Virus record (IMG/VR): IMGVR_UViG_2896054739_000007
Coordinates: 98,560 to 162,559 of that record
Reading direction: 5' to 3' (one strand)
Source: a virus
Lineage: Duplodnaviria; Caudoviricetes
DNA: 64,000 nucleotides
This document shows, in pieces, positions 1 through 10,378 of this stretch. Below the pieces are notes generated by a model. It ran no database searches. It was given only the letters and a program-made list of their open reading frames with translations, and was not told where the DNA came from. Position 1 is the stretch's first letter. The number at the start of each line of letters is the position of its first letter. The translations under genes and the position numbers were made by a program.

Positions 1-183
1 TATGATAGATGTGACTAAAGGATTTTTTGTTTTCAAAACCTGATACTCTAACTGTTGCATTGTTTAAATGTATTCTCATATTGTGTACCTGCCTTTCATT
101 GTGGTTGTTTGTGTGTAGTTGTTGCTATATACTTCTTTGTTTTGGTGTGACACTTTATCTTTAACTTATGTATAGATTATAGC

Positions 184-316
184 ACGTAATACCTAGATTG
201 TCAACGTAATACCTAGTTTTTTATAGCAAAATAATACATAATTATTTTAGGTATTACCTAGTTATTTTTGTGCAGTTTGCTAATTGATTGACAACTTAGG
301 TAATACGTGTTAAAAT
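184..316. promoter_or_regulatory. Operator-like repeats overlapping a sigmaA-type promoter for the 353..559 gene
   Basis: ACGTAATACCTAG at 184-196 and 204-216; inverted/related copies at 248-257 and 297-308; TTGACA(288-293)-17 bp-TAAAAT(311-316). Confidence 0.55.
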
Positions 317-352
317 GCAATTTAAGATGGTTTTTAAAAAGGATGGTATAAA

Positions 353-559
353 ATGTCAGATAGAAAAAAACAGAGCGAATATCAAGCAAAATATGACGCT
401 GAGAACATGAAACAATATAGTGTGAAATACCCACTTTGGATATATGAAGCTGTAGAAAAAGCTATGTCTGATACTGGCATGAACCGGAATAAATGGACAA
501 CTACGGCTATTGTGGAAAAACTAAAAAGGGATGGATATATTCAGGGGAAAGAGGATTGA
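353..559 (+). CDS. Small ribbon-helix-helix-like DNA-binding protein
   Basis: 68 aa; QAKYDAENMKQYSVKYP...YEAVEKAM...NKWTTTAIVEKL pattern resembles RHH/HicB-C regulators; AAGGATGG SD. Confidence 0.5.
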   Translation: MSDRKKQSEYQAKYDAENMKQYSVKYPLWIYEAVEKAMSDTGMNRNKWTTTAIVEKLKRDGYIQGKED

Positions 560-577
560 TAGAAAGATGATTATGTG

Positions 578-690
578 GCATTTTGATATATTAGATAGCA
601 TTATGATATATTTTGAGTTGTGATATTATGATGTTGCTGGATAATATAGATGTAGCATTATGGTATATAAAAATAGCATTTTGATATATT
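578..690 (+). repeat. Four direct repeats GCATT(T/A)TG(A/G)TATAT (iteron- or binding-site-like)
   Basis: Copies start at 578, 598, 655 and 676. Confidence 0.6.
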
Positions 691-1379
691 TTGGCTTTAT
701 GCATCGAACTCGTCAAGCAAAATTACTTGACAGCACAGCAACTAGTGTAAAGTATTTTTACTTGACGGTATATTTGTTTGTATTTATTCAGATTCAAGTT
801 GCAGAAAATGGACAATTCATAACTTAAATATACCATAATACTATACTATTACTGTATGTTTTATAGCCCCAGGTGGGTTTACATTTTCATATAAATACCC
901 ATTTACCAAAAACCCCCCTATCTCTTCCATTCACACGTCACCCCTAAAAATTGTGTCCGAAACATAAACAATTCACAAAAATAATTCGGAGTCATATTCG
1001 GTGCCATTCCTAAAAATCATTATAAATCAATGTAATATAAATTTTCTGACAATTCAAATCTATTCCCAAACCACAAAATACAACCTAGAAATCTTCCAAA
1101 ACCCTTGAAAAATAAGCATTATTCCGAACTTACTCTAAAATTGCACTCAAGAAAAGAAATCATATACAAAATCACACTTAAAAATCATTCATCAAAATCT
1201 TAAAATATCCTGTAAAATCAATACTTTTACATTCTATTGTTCCATCAAAACTACTCTCCCACCGAACTCATAAATTAATCTCATACACATCACCTCATTT
1301 TTTAATAATATTTCCAACCAGAAAGAGAATATATTCTTGTACCAATTAATTCACACAAACACAAACGGAGGATATATTA

Positions 1380-1604
1380 ATGAACAAATACCAGATACAA
1401 ATTGACCACAGGACTGAAAACAAATGGGATTGGATATGTGTGTTTGCCAATTCAGATCAAGAAGTCATACAAAATGCAAAAATCAAATTATATGATTTTC
1501 AGAATCCTACATACTCACAATCTGATGATTACGATGTAAAATATTATTTTCTACTAAGACAGATGAGAAATCGTCTGTCTTATTTTTATGTAAAAGGCAA
1601 TTAA
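1380..1604 (+). CDS. Hypothetical protein
   Basis: ORF with GGAGG SD. Confidence 0.5.
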   Translation: MNKYQIQIDHRTENKWDWICVFANSDQEVIQNAKIKLYDFQNPTYSQSDDYDVKYYFLLRQMRNRLSYFYVKGN

Positions 1605-1832
1605 ATGGAGAAATAGTAAATATCCATCACAATATAAAAAATCATTTTCCTCAAACAGTATTCAGATAATGGGGGAGTATATTTTACATTATTTAGGATT
1701 TATCAGATATCTACTACCCTACTACCAATAAATATAACTTGAAAACTTATAAATCATTTCACATCAGAATGTAGAAGTAATAAGAAGAGCACATAACAAT
1801 ACCAAATTAAGAATGAAGGAGATAAATATATT

Positions 1833-2021
1833 ATGGCAAAACTAACTATCATACCTCAAAAATTTACATTTGAAAAACCAACCATCAAAAATGGTAAAGG
1901 TGAAACAATATCTCATGGAATCAGTGTAACCATAGATATAGATGCCTTTAAAGCTGACAAAGAAGAAATTAAAAAGGACTTAACAGCTATTTTTGCTGAA
2001 GTCCTTGAATACTTTGATTAA
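1833..2021 (+). CDS. Hypothetical protein
   Basis: ORF with AAGGAG SD. Confidence 0.6.
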   Translation: MAKLTIIPQKFTFEKPTIKNGKGETISHGISVTIDIDAFKADKEEIKKDLTAIFAEVLEYFD

Positions 2022-2384
2022 TTTTATCCAAGGCATTTTCTATTGTAGATCTAATACATACAAGGAATTTTATATCCAAAGAAAGAGAATATGTAAATAG
2101 ACATTGCTACTCTATCTTACAACTTGTAATTTATACCACCTGTAACTACCAACCATCAACAACCATCAACAATCAAAAATTTTTTAAAAGAGTAATGAAT
2201 TATGAAGCGTATGCGAATAATTCATTACGATAGTAGTCTTTATTTATATAATCAGTCTTTATTTATAAAAAGACGGCTGATTCTGCACACTGTAGTGTGA
2301 TATACTTTGCCATTTTTTCTTCAAGTATATCACACTCTGATGTGATATACATTAAAAATTAAGATAAAAGAAAGGAATAAAATC

Positions 2385-3236
2385 ATGAGAATTACAAACA
2401 AAAATACCACAAAACCAAGAAAAGGAAAAGTATATGAAAGCGAGTCATTCAAAGATGGTCAATTTACTGAAGAAGAATTAAAACAATATAGACTATCTGA
2501 TAATGAAATAGCCACAATCCTTGAATATCAGTCACTTTTGCCTATTTTACAAGAAAATGAAAATAATACAATTAGCGCAAAAGAACTACATAATCAATTA
2601 AAAGTTAGTCGAGATTTTTCAACTTGGATCAAACAACAAATTGAAGATTTGGAACTAGTTGAAAACATAGATTATTTTATTGATTCACCTTTAAAGGGGA
2701 GTGGATTAGTTGATTATCAGTTAAAGCTCAGCGATGCAAAGGAAATTGCAATGCTTGCCGGTTCTAAAGGTGGACGTACATCCGAAGAGCTAAAGAAAAT
2801 GTCCAAGTTAGTGAGAAAATATTTTATCGCTATAGAAAAAGCATTTAAAAATCGTACAAACTGGAATACAAACCGCAAAAACACCTTAATTAATTGCAAA
2901 GAATTGCGTGGTGCTTTAATCACAAAAAGAGAAGAATTACTTAATGGTGTTCCTGAATGGATTACTAATGGCAATTTATACTCTATTGAGTTTTCATTAC
3001 TAAATACTGTAATACTTGGAATGTCTGCAACACAGTATCGCAAAGAACATAATATATCTTCTAATGAACAGATACGAAATTATTTTTCTGAAGATCAATT
3101 AGATGATGTAGAAAGATTAGAACGATATGATGCACAGTTAATTATTTCTCAGGAAATTTACTCATACGAAGAGAGAAAACAAATATTACAAACAGAGTAT
3201 GATCGTGTAAAAAACAGAAAAACTAAGTGGGTATAA
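2385..3236 (+). CDS. AntA/AntB-family phage antirepressor-like protein
   Basis: ISAKELHNQLKVSRDFSTWIK...AKEIAM...RKYFIAIEK motif; paralog of 6045..6863. Confidence 0.8.
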   Translation: MRITNKNTTKPRKGKVYESESFKDGQFTEEELKQYRLSDNEIATILEYQSLLPILQENENNTISAKELHNQLKVSRDFSTWIKQQIEDLELVENIDYFIDSPLKGSGLVDYQLKLSDAKEIAMLAGSKGGRTSEELKKMSKLVRKYFIAIEKAFKNRTNWNTNRKNTLINCKELRGALITKREELLNGVPEWITNGNLYSIEFSLLNTVILGMSATQYRKEHNISSNEQIRNYFSEDQLDDVERLERYDAQLIISQEIYSYEERKQILQTEYDRVKNRKTKWV

Positions 3237-3255
3237 GAAAGGAGGCGTTTTTTAC

Positions 3256-4110
3256 ATAGAGAATAATAAATCACCAACAGCTACATTAGAATTACCAGAT
3301 ACAGTAAATCGTTTTGTAAAGATTCCAAAAGAAGTAATTTTGGCAAATACTTTACCAGAACACAGATTATCGGCTTTGCTCTATTTAAATTATAACCAAA
3401 CATGGGAAAATGTTGTTCACTACTCTCCTATTTATATGATTCAGTGGTGTAAGTATAAACCAAACTGGCATAGGGGTACTGAAAAAAATATTTTTACCAA
3501 GTTTAGAGATTGCATGGATTGGTTCTTTGAAAATGGATACATCATTGACTTTGATAAAGAGAAATATATACAGAATACCTTTCAGTCATCATTGATTAAT
3601 ATGGAAAAAATGAATCCAAAAAACAATTTTGGTATTTTATATGACTTTGAAGTAGAAACAATCAATAAGTATCAGTCACCATACAAGCCATTAAATAAAA
3701 GTATACTATTTCTTCTGTTATCTTATATAAAGGCATTTACTTGGATCAGAACGAATGAATCATCTGGACATTCTGAAAAATCTAAGAAGAATAAACCAGA
3801 AATATTTTATTCACAGTTTCAGTCTATAGCTGCTTTTATAGGTAGTGATAGAAAAATGATTGCAAAAGCAACAGAAGTATTAGAACAACTTGGTTTAATA
3901 AAAACCCATAGGATGCCAAGATATAAAGATTCCAATGATAATTGGCACACTGATGATATTATTTATATCTGTCCTTATCGGTATATATTGAGAAATAATC
4001 AAATAGTTCAATGTACAAAAGAAGAATATAACTATGAGAAGGAATTAGAATATGGGATTTTATTTTTGAGAAATCAGAATTATGTAAGTAAAAAATTCTA
4101 TCAAAATTAA
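3256..4110 (+). CDS. Hypothetical protein, possible winged-helix DNA-binding/replication protein (start probably ATA at 3256)
   Basis: Frame open from ATA 3256 behind AAAGGAGG; SQFQSIAAFIGSDRKMIAKATEVLEQLGLI is HTH-like. Confidence 0.55.
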   Translation: MENNKSPTATLELPDTVNRFVKIPKEVILANTLPEHRLSALLYLNYNQTWENVVHYSPIYMIQWCKYKPNWHRGTEKNIFTKFRDCMDWFFENGYIIDFDKEKYIQNTFQSSLINMEKMNPKNNFGILYDFEVETINKYQSPYKPLNKSILFLLLSYIKAFTWIRTNESSGHSEKSKKNKPEIFYSQFQSIAAFIGSDRKMIAKATEVLEQLGLIKTHRMPRYKDSNDNWHTDDIIYICPYRYILRNNQIVQCTKEEYNYEKELEYGILFLRNQNYVSKKFYQN

Positions 4111-4268
4111 TTCCAAAACACAGAAATAAGTATTGTAAACATGAATCAATATCCATCATCACCACTATCATACCACCAAAAAAGGAGAATCGAAAACCAT
4201 GACGACAAAGAAGACAACATTAACAACCAAAATTTTATCAAACAGAAAAGGAGAATTTACAGTAACTA

Positions 4269-4487
4269 ATGACACAGACAACTAACAGATATGGAATTTA
4301 TGAAGTAGATCACACAAAATTTGGAGGACTAATTTACCCTTCCGATTTCAATACATATTATCGAGGGAAAGATAATACAAACGGATCTCAGATAGCAAGT
4401 CGTATAGAAGCAGATAAGCAAAGAGAAGAAAAACTTTGGAAGAAAAATCGAGAAGGTATTGAAAGGAATAAAAATTATGGCAAGTAA
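4269..4487 (+). CDS. Hypothetical protein
   Basis: ORF with AAGGAG SD, in operon. Confidence 0.55.
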   Translation: MTQTTNRYGIYEVDHTKFGGLIYPSDFNTYYRGKDNTNGSQIASRIEADKQREEKLWKKNREGIERNKNYGK

Positions 4488-4836
4488 ATCTGGATACATA
4501 AACATTGATGAAAATGAAGAAATAACTATTGAAAAACCAAAACTATCAAATTCAGTTTCACTTTCAGAACAGGAAGTATGTATCAATTTTATGAGAGATG
4601 AAGATTATGCCACAATCTATACCTCAGATACTACATATATGACTAAATTAGATAAATTATGTAAAGCAAATCCAGATATGTACTCTCTCATTGCTGATAC
4701 AGGTAGAGGAAAAACATATCGTGTTGAAGATAAAACACTTATCAGTTTTAGAGCAAAGAAAAGAGAAATGTCTGATGAACAGAAAATTGCTGCAGGTGAA
4801 CGAATGAGACAATGGCAAGCCAATAAGAAGAATTAG
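4477..4836 (+). CDS. Conserved phage hypothetical protein
   Basis: MASKSG start behind AAAGGA; EQEVCINFMRDEDYATIYTSD pattern. Confidence 0.6.
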   Translation: MASKSGYINIDENEEITIEKPKLSNSVSLSEQEVCINFMRDEDYATIYTSDTTYMTKLDKLCKANPDMYSLIADTGRGKTYRVEDKTLISFRAKKREMSDEQKIAAGERMRQWQANKKN

Positions 4837-4982
4837 GATGGTGTTATTTGCTAGAAATTAAATGATGTACATTAGCGTAGAAAATTTTGACGTACTTAAT
4901 GATAAAAGTATCATCTAAAACTTTTCTTTCTGAAAATCTAATGTACATCTTAGAAATTTTTAAATGTGGAGGAATTTATAAA

Positions 4983-5387
4983 ATGTTAAAGGAAATGATG
5001 AACCCAAGATATCACGGAAATGCTCTCACAATTGACTTATCAAATTGGGGATATCCAAATTACATAGCTGAATGTGCATATCATTTTGACAAAAAAGAAA
5101 ATAAATATTCATTTTCAATGTGGTTGAATCGTACCGATTTGGAGGATCGGATGAAGTTATCTTCTAAGAAGGTTGATACACAATACATATCAGGAACTAG
5201 AGATACCATTATAGAGAATATCTGCAGAATTGTACACCATTGTGTCACTATCACTGATAACGGAAGCGGCAAAAAATATTTTGATCGCTTTGTAGAAAGA
5301 TACGAATATGAACTGACATGTTTTGAGCGTGGTAACGAGTTGTTTGAGAAGGAAAGACTGGCAAAACTAAATGATAACAAAGACTGA
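4983..5387 (+). CDS. Hypothetical protein
   Basis: ATG behind GGAGG within the 4887..5387 ORF. Confidence 0.55.
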   Translation: MLKEMMNPRYHGNALTIDLSNWGYPNYIAECAYHFDKKENKYSFSMWLNRTDLEDRMKLSSKKVDTQYISGTRDTIIENICRIVHHCVTITDNGSGKKYFDRFVERYEYELTCFERGNELFEKERLAKLNDNKD

Positions 5388-5805
5388 TTACAAATATTTT
5401 GAAAAAGCAAGACAAGCTGCCACTATATCTGATTTTTATAAAACCCACATTGGATGTGTGGCAGTGTATCAAGGAAATATTATAGGAATTGGTTGTAATT
5501 GTAACAAAACTCATCCAATACAGAAGAAATATAATAAATACCGCAAACCATCAGATATCATGTTACCAAAGTTACACGCAGAAATTAACTGTATAAATTC
5601 TATCAGACGTTTGAATATTAACTTTTCAAAAGTCAAGTTATACATATATAGAATTCGCAATGATCAGCCGTTTGGATTATCACGCCCTTGTCCTTCCTGT
5701 ATGGTAGCAATTAAGGATCTTAGAATTCAAGATATTTACTATACAACCAATGACGGATATGTACATGAACGAATAGAGAAATATGGTGTGGGAGGTGTTG
5801 CTTAA
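5371..5805 (+). CDS. Zn-dependent cytidine/dCMP deaminase-family protein
   Basis: HAE and PCPSC motifs; HIGCVAV. Confidence 0.85.
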   Translation: MITKTDYKYFEKARQAATISDFYKTHIGCVAVYQGNIIGIGCNCNKTHPIQKKYNKYRKPSDIMLPKLHAEINCINSIRRLNINFSKVKLYIYRIRNDQPFGLSRPCPSCMVAIKDLRIQDIYYTTNDGYVHERIEKYGVGGVA

Positions 5806-6029
5806 TCTGCGAGATATGTAGAATGACTCCTTGCCATTTCATGTGCCCTAATTATTCTCCCAAGAAAACTGTACACTATTGTTCTTCTTGTGGTGACGGA
5901 ATTTATGATGGAGAAGAATATATTGAAAATTTAGATGGTGAATATCGTCATTATGAATGTTTTCATGGCATGAGAGAATTATTGGAATGGCTTGGTTATA
6001 AGATTAGAACTATGCAAAATACAACTTGA
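5805..6029 (+). CDS. Small Cys-rich zinc-finger protein (start probably ATC at 5805)
   Basis: CEIC..PCHFMCPNY..CSSCGDGI..HYEC; GGAGGTG SD. Confidence 0.6.
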   Translation: MCEICRMTPCHFMCPNYSPKKTVHYCSSCGDGIYDGEEYIENLDGEYRHYECFHGMRELLEWLGYKIRTMQNTT

Positions 6030-6044
6030 AAATGAAAGGAAAGA

Positions 6045-6863
6045 ATGATGAACAAAAATAATAATAATCTGAGAAAGAATAGTTTCAAAGAAGAGGAACT
6101 GAAACAATATGTTAAAAACGGAGATCTGAAGGAATCTGATATTCAAATCATTTTAGAATATCAGAAACTATTACCTGTATTACAGCAAGAGGATGGTTCT
6201 TGGATTGATGCCAGGACATTACATAAAGAATTAAAAGTCGGGAAAGTTTTTGGTGCTTGGATTGCTGGACGTATTGATAAGTATGAATTTATAGAAAACG
6301 AAGATTATAAAGTTTGCTTTCCAAAACGGGAAAGCAAAAAAGGTAGTGGTGGGCATAACACAAAAGACTACTCTCTCACTCTTGATATGGCAAAGGAATT
6401 GTCTATGGTGGAGAATAATAAAATTGGGCGCATTTCTCGTAAATATTTTATCGCTATTGATAAAGCATTTAAAGCAAGACGCTTGTGGAATATTGATAGA
6501 TGGGAAACTTTAGAACATTATAAAAACTATCGCAAGATTATTAACCTATCCAAAAAGGAACTGATGCCTACAATGCCAGACTGGTGTAAAAAGCGTGGCG
6601 ATCAGGGAGTATTCATGGGAGAAGCTAACCTGCTTAACGAAATCATTATCGGCATGAGTGCATCAGACTATCGTTTTAAATACTGTCTACCTAAAGATGA
6701 GCCTGTAAGGAACCATTTCAATAACTTTGAACTCCAGATGGTCGCTGAGTTGGAAAAGTTTGATACAGATTTGATCCGTCTTCAGGAAATGTATGATTAT
6801 GAAGAAAGACGAAAGCTGCTTGCAAAAAAGTATCAGTCATTGCTCGATAATAATAATTTCTAG
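6045..6863 (+). CDS. AntA/AntB-family phage antirepressor-like protein
   Basis: IDARTLHKELKVGKVFGAWI...DYSLTLDMAKELSMVENN..GRISRKYFI. Confidence 0.85.
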   Translation: MMNKNNNNLRKNSFKEEELKQYVKNGDLKESDIQIILEYQKLLPVLQQEDGSWIDARTLHKELKVGKVFGAWIAGRIDKYEFIENEDYKVCFPKRESKKGSGGHNTKDYSLTLDMAKELSMVENNKIGRISRKYFIAIDKAFKARRLWNIDRWETLEHYKNYRKIINLSKKELMPTMPDWCKKRGDQGVFMGEANLLNEIIIGMSASDYRFKYCLPKDEPVRNHFNNFELQMVAELEKFDTDLIRLQEMYDYEERRKLLAKKYQSLLDNNNF

Positions 6864-6926
6864 GATAATGACTTAGAATAGAAATTTCATTGGTATAAAC
6901 ATCTTTTATTAAGCAAAGGAGGATAA

Positions 6927-9437
6927 ATGGCTGGAATTAGCGTACCTCAATATGAGATTTTTAAAATAGGAACTAATAAACTTAAATATTATAATTGGGA
7001 TTTAAGTATTACAAAAAAAGATGCATTCAAATTCCAGGAATTAGTGTCATTGTTTGAAGCACAGGAATTTCGTATAATGGCAAATAAAATTCTAAAACAA
7101 GAGATTTCAGAAATTGATTTCTCAAAGATATTTATACAAGTGGTTATAGATAAGAAATCAGATTTTGGTCGAGCTACTTGTAAGAAAGGCGTAACAGTTA
7201 ATGGAATAAATTATCGTAGATTTGTAGGAACAACTGGAGGATTAAAAAATAACACTCTTCTATTTTGTAATTCAAAATACATAGATGAATTAAATGAACT
7301 TTGCGAATGTAAAAGAAATAAAAGTATTCCACTTGTTCCAGCGAAATACGAAGCATATAAAGCACTGACTTGTTCAGCATCTCAACCAATTTGTATTCCT
7401 AATGGAATTTTGGTTGTAAAGGATTGTGTTACACAATATTTTGCAGATGTAATATCTTTAGATGATGGTAAAGATTCTGATGAACCTGTTATGGAAACAG
7501 TATTCCATAAGCAGCTTGAAAATACTGTATCAGATGGTTTTAATATATGTACCATTGAATATATGAAACGAGTATCCGAATTTTTAGGATTAGATTATAT
7601 ACCAAGTGGTGTTTGTTTAAGAAATGCGTGGTTAAAAGGAATGCTCTATCCGTTTCCAATTCTTGAATTTGTTGAAGAATTTAATAATGGTAATTACTTT
7701 ATAGAAGATATTTGGGGAAATATTCAGGATATTCGTGAATGCGAAATGATTATAACTGAATCATCTCTTAAACTATGGATGGCTTATGATAATATTGAAA
7801 GTTACGAAAATGCTTATAAAGAATGCGGCTATGGATTTTCTGTAACTAAAATATCACCTTATATATTAGAAGAACAACGAGAACTGAATTATCAGTATTT
7901 ACAGTCGTATGAATTTACAGATGATGATATAGAAGAACTTTGTACACCCACAATAAACTATTTGAAAGATGCTATGTGTGGTGACTACGCTTCCACTGTT
8001 AAGTTTTTAGGAATTACAGAAAATACAGAAGTTAATTCATGGCAACGAGCATTATATATAAGTGAATATATGTTGGGTGATCCATATGTAATTGATTCAG
8101 TACATAGATTTATTAAAAAGAAAATGAACGATGCTAAGATTGGTAAATTATTTGTACAAGGTAATTACCAAATTGCCAGTGGTGATCCGTTCGCCTTAAT
8201 GCAATCTATTTGTGGATTAGAAGTTACAGGATTGCTTAAAGAAGGTGAATGTTATTCTAAGTTTTGGATTGATAAAAACGAAAATAATGTTGTTGTTTTT
8301 AGAAGTCCAATGACAAGTCATAACAATATACGAATGTGTAGGGTGAATAATGCTGAAGAATGTAAACGTTGGTATCAATATATGGATACTATTATGATTA
8401 TTAATGCTTGGGATTCATTTTGTATGGCAGAAAATGGATGTGACTGGGATAGTGATATTTTATTTTCAACAAATAATGATGTACTAAAAAGACGTTATAA
8501 GAAACTTCCTGCTATTGAATGTGTACAACGTAATACATCAAAAATCATTGTTACTGAGGAAGAAGTAAAAAAGACGAATAAAAATGGTATGGGTAATCAG
8601 GTCGGTACTATTACTAATTATGTGACATCTATGATGGAAGTGCAATCACATTTTGAAAAAGAATCTAAGGAATATAAAGAATTGGAATATAGAATTGGTT
8701 GTGGACAGCTCTATCAACAGGCAGAATTAGACAAGATTAAGGGAATTGTTGCAACTCCTATGCCCAGTCGTTGGTATAATATGAGAGCCTGTGCAGATGA
8801 TAGGTATTTACAATCTATATGCGCATATCGCAAACCATATTTTATGATTTACATTTACGAAGAAACTAAACGTGATTATAAGAAATATATAAAAGAAAGC
8901 AACGATAAATGCTATGCCATATATAACTGTTCTATTCAATATTTATATGAAAATATTGATGTTTTATCCGATGAGCAGAAAGAATTTTTATTTTGGTATG
9001 AATTTAAAATGCCTGTTGGTATAGGAAAATGTTCAATGAATCAAATCTGCCGATATATTGAAAATCAATTAGATGGTTATAAATCTCAATTGCGCAGAAA
9101 TTCATTATTTGACTATAACACTTTAAAAACAAAAAGACGTTGCACAGAAGAACATAGACTGGCTCTTAAAGAATTGGAACAATATTATTGTGAATGTGTA
9201 AGAGAATACAAAAAACAGAAACATCATGATAAAGGTGAATCAAATAGAAATAGGCACTTTCTTTATACTAAATTTAATCAAGAAGCAAAAGAAATATGTC
9301 CTAATGATGAAGAACGTCTAAATATCATTTTAGACATCACTTATGGTTATAAAGGAAATAAACAGTTTTGCTGGGATTGTATTGGTGAAAACATTATTTT
9401 AAGATTGGAGGAGCTAAACACTGTACATACTAAATGA
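6927..9437 (+). CDS. YonO-like single-subunit DNA-dependent RNA polymerase (RdRP-related double-psi barrel)
   Basis: 836 aa; VSDG, RNAWLKGML, FRSP and NGCDWDSD (DxDGD-type metal site); SPbeta-like context. Confidence 0.8.
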   Translation: MAGISVPQYEIFKIGTNKLKYYNWDLSITKKDAFKFQELVSLFEAQEFRIMANKILKQEISEIDFSKIFIQVVIDKKSDFGRATCKKGVTVNGINYRRFVGTTGGLKNNTLLFCNSKYIDELNELCECKRNKSIPLVPAKYEAYKALTCSASQPICIPNGILVVKDCVTQYFADVISLDDGKDSDEPVMETVFHKQLENTVSDGFNICTIEYMKRVSEFLGLDYIPSGVCLRNAWLKGMLYPFPILEFVEEFNNGNYFIEDIWGNIQDIRECEMIITESSLKLWMAYDNIESYENAYKECGYGFSVTKISPYILEEQRELNYQYLQSYEFTDDDIEELCTPTINYLKDAMCGDYASTVKFLGITENTEVNSWQRALYISEYMLGDPYVIDSVHRFIKKKMNDAKIGKLFVQGNYQIASGDPFALMQSICGLEVTGLLKEGECYSKFWIDKNENNVVVFRSPMTSHNNIRMCRVNNAEECKRWYQYMDTIMIINAWDSFCMAENGCDWDSDILFSTNNDVLKRRYKKLPAIECVQRNTSKIIVTEEEVKKTNKNGMGNQVGTITNYVTSMMEVQSHFEKESKEYKELEYRIGCGQLYQQAELDKIKGIVATPMPSRWYNMRACADDRYLQSICAYRKPYFMIYIYEETKRDYKKYIKESNDKCYAIYNCSIQYLYENIDVLSDEQKEFLFWYEFKMPVGIGKCSMNQICRYIENQLDGYKSQLRRNSLFDYNTLKTKRRCTEEHRLALKELEQYYCECVREYKKQKHHDKGESNRNRHFLYTKFNQEAKEICPNDEERLNIILDITYGYKGNKQFCWDCIGENIILRLEELNTVHTK

Positions 9438-10218
9438 GAAAGAATATATAAGAGACATCTTGGTTTCAAAAAAGAAACCAGACGCTCTCTCTATGGGATA
9501 TTTCATAACACTTATTGCTAAATACTATTTTTCTGATGAATTGAATACAAAACAATTATCTAATATTGTTAAAGAGAGAATACTGGCATTTGATTTAGAA
9601 AATTATCAAGAATATAAATATCACAATAAAATCGTGAGTACATGTGAAGGTCTATTTAATAATTCTATTGACAGAACATTTAAGGAAAGAGAATACATAC
9701 CTATATTTGAAAACGAGTTAAAATTTATCAGTTCATTGCCTAATGATAGGCAAAAGAAATTAATGTTTACATTCTTTGCTGTTGCAAGATATATGGATTG
9801 TGATGGATGGATTAATAAAAAGACTTCAAAAGATATTTCAGAAGTATTTAAACTTGCAAATGTTACTCTTGCTTCCGATAAGCGAAATGAATTATTACAC
9901 GAATTATATGCTAATGGATATATTACTTTTGGGAAAAAAGTTAATAACTTAAATATAAAAGTTAGCTTAGATAATTCTGGAGAGATAAGTTATAAAGTAA
10001 GAGAATTTAGTAATATCGGTAATCAATATATCGGCAATTTTAAAAAGGGTTATAAACAATGTAAAAGTTGTGGCAAAAATTACAGAATTAAATCAGAAAA
10101 TGATTATTCTAGTAAGTATTGCCAAAAATGTGCAAAAGAAAAACATAAACAAGTTAATCGTATTTGCATGAAAAAATCAAGAGAAAAGGAAAAAAGTGTA
10201 CAAAGCCTTGTGTCATAA
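9421..10218 (+). CDS. Conserved protein downstream of RNAP with C-terminal zinc finger (start probably CTG at 9421)
   Basis: CKSCGK...YCQKC; frame open from CTG behind GGAGGAG. Confidence 0.6.
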   Translation: MYILNEKEYIRDILVSKKKPDALSMGYFITLIAKYYFSDELNTKQLSNIVKERILAFDLENYQEYKYHNKIVSTCEGLFNNSIDRTFKEREYIPIFENELKFISSLPNDRQKKLMFTFFAVARYMDCDGWINKKTSKDISEVFKLANVTLASDKRNELLHELYANGYITFGKKVNNLNIKVSLDNSGEISYKVREFSNIGNQYIGNFKKGYKQCKSCGKNYRIKSENDYSSKYCQKCAKEKHKQVNRICMKKSREKEKSVQSLVS

Positions 10219-10378
10219 AAGTCTTATTTTCCAAGGTTTTCAAACATTTTTTCAGAAAAAATGTTATTTTCTTTTAATGGTATATAAAGAAAATGACAAT
10301 AAAATTTATCTTTCCTTGGCAATAAAAGAAAAATAATAAATGTAACATAAAATATATTAGTTAAGATAAAGGAGCGAT

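Noticed and set aside
578-690. CRISPR array
   Set aside because: Repeats are about 15 bp with short irregular spacers; no cas genes in the window.
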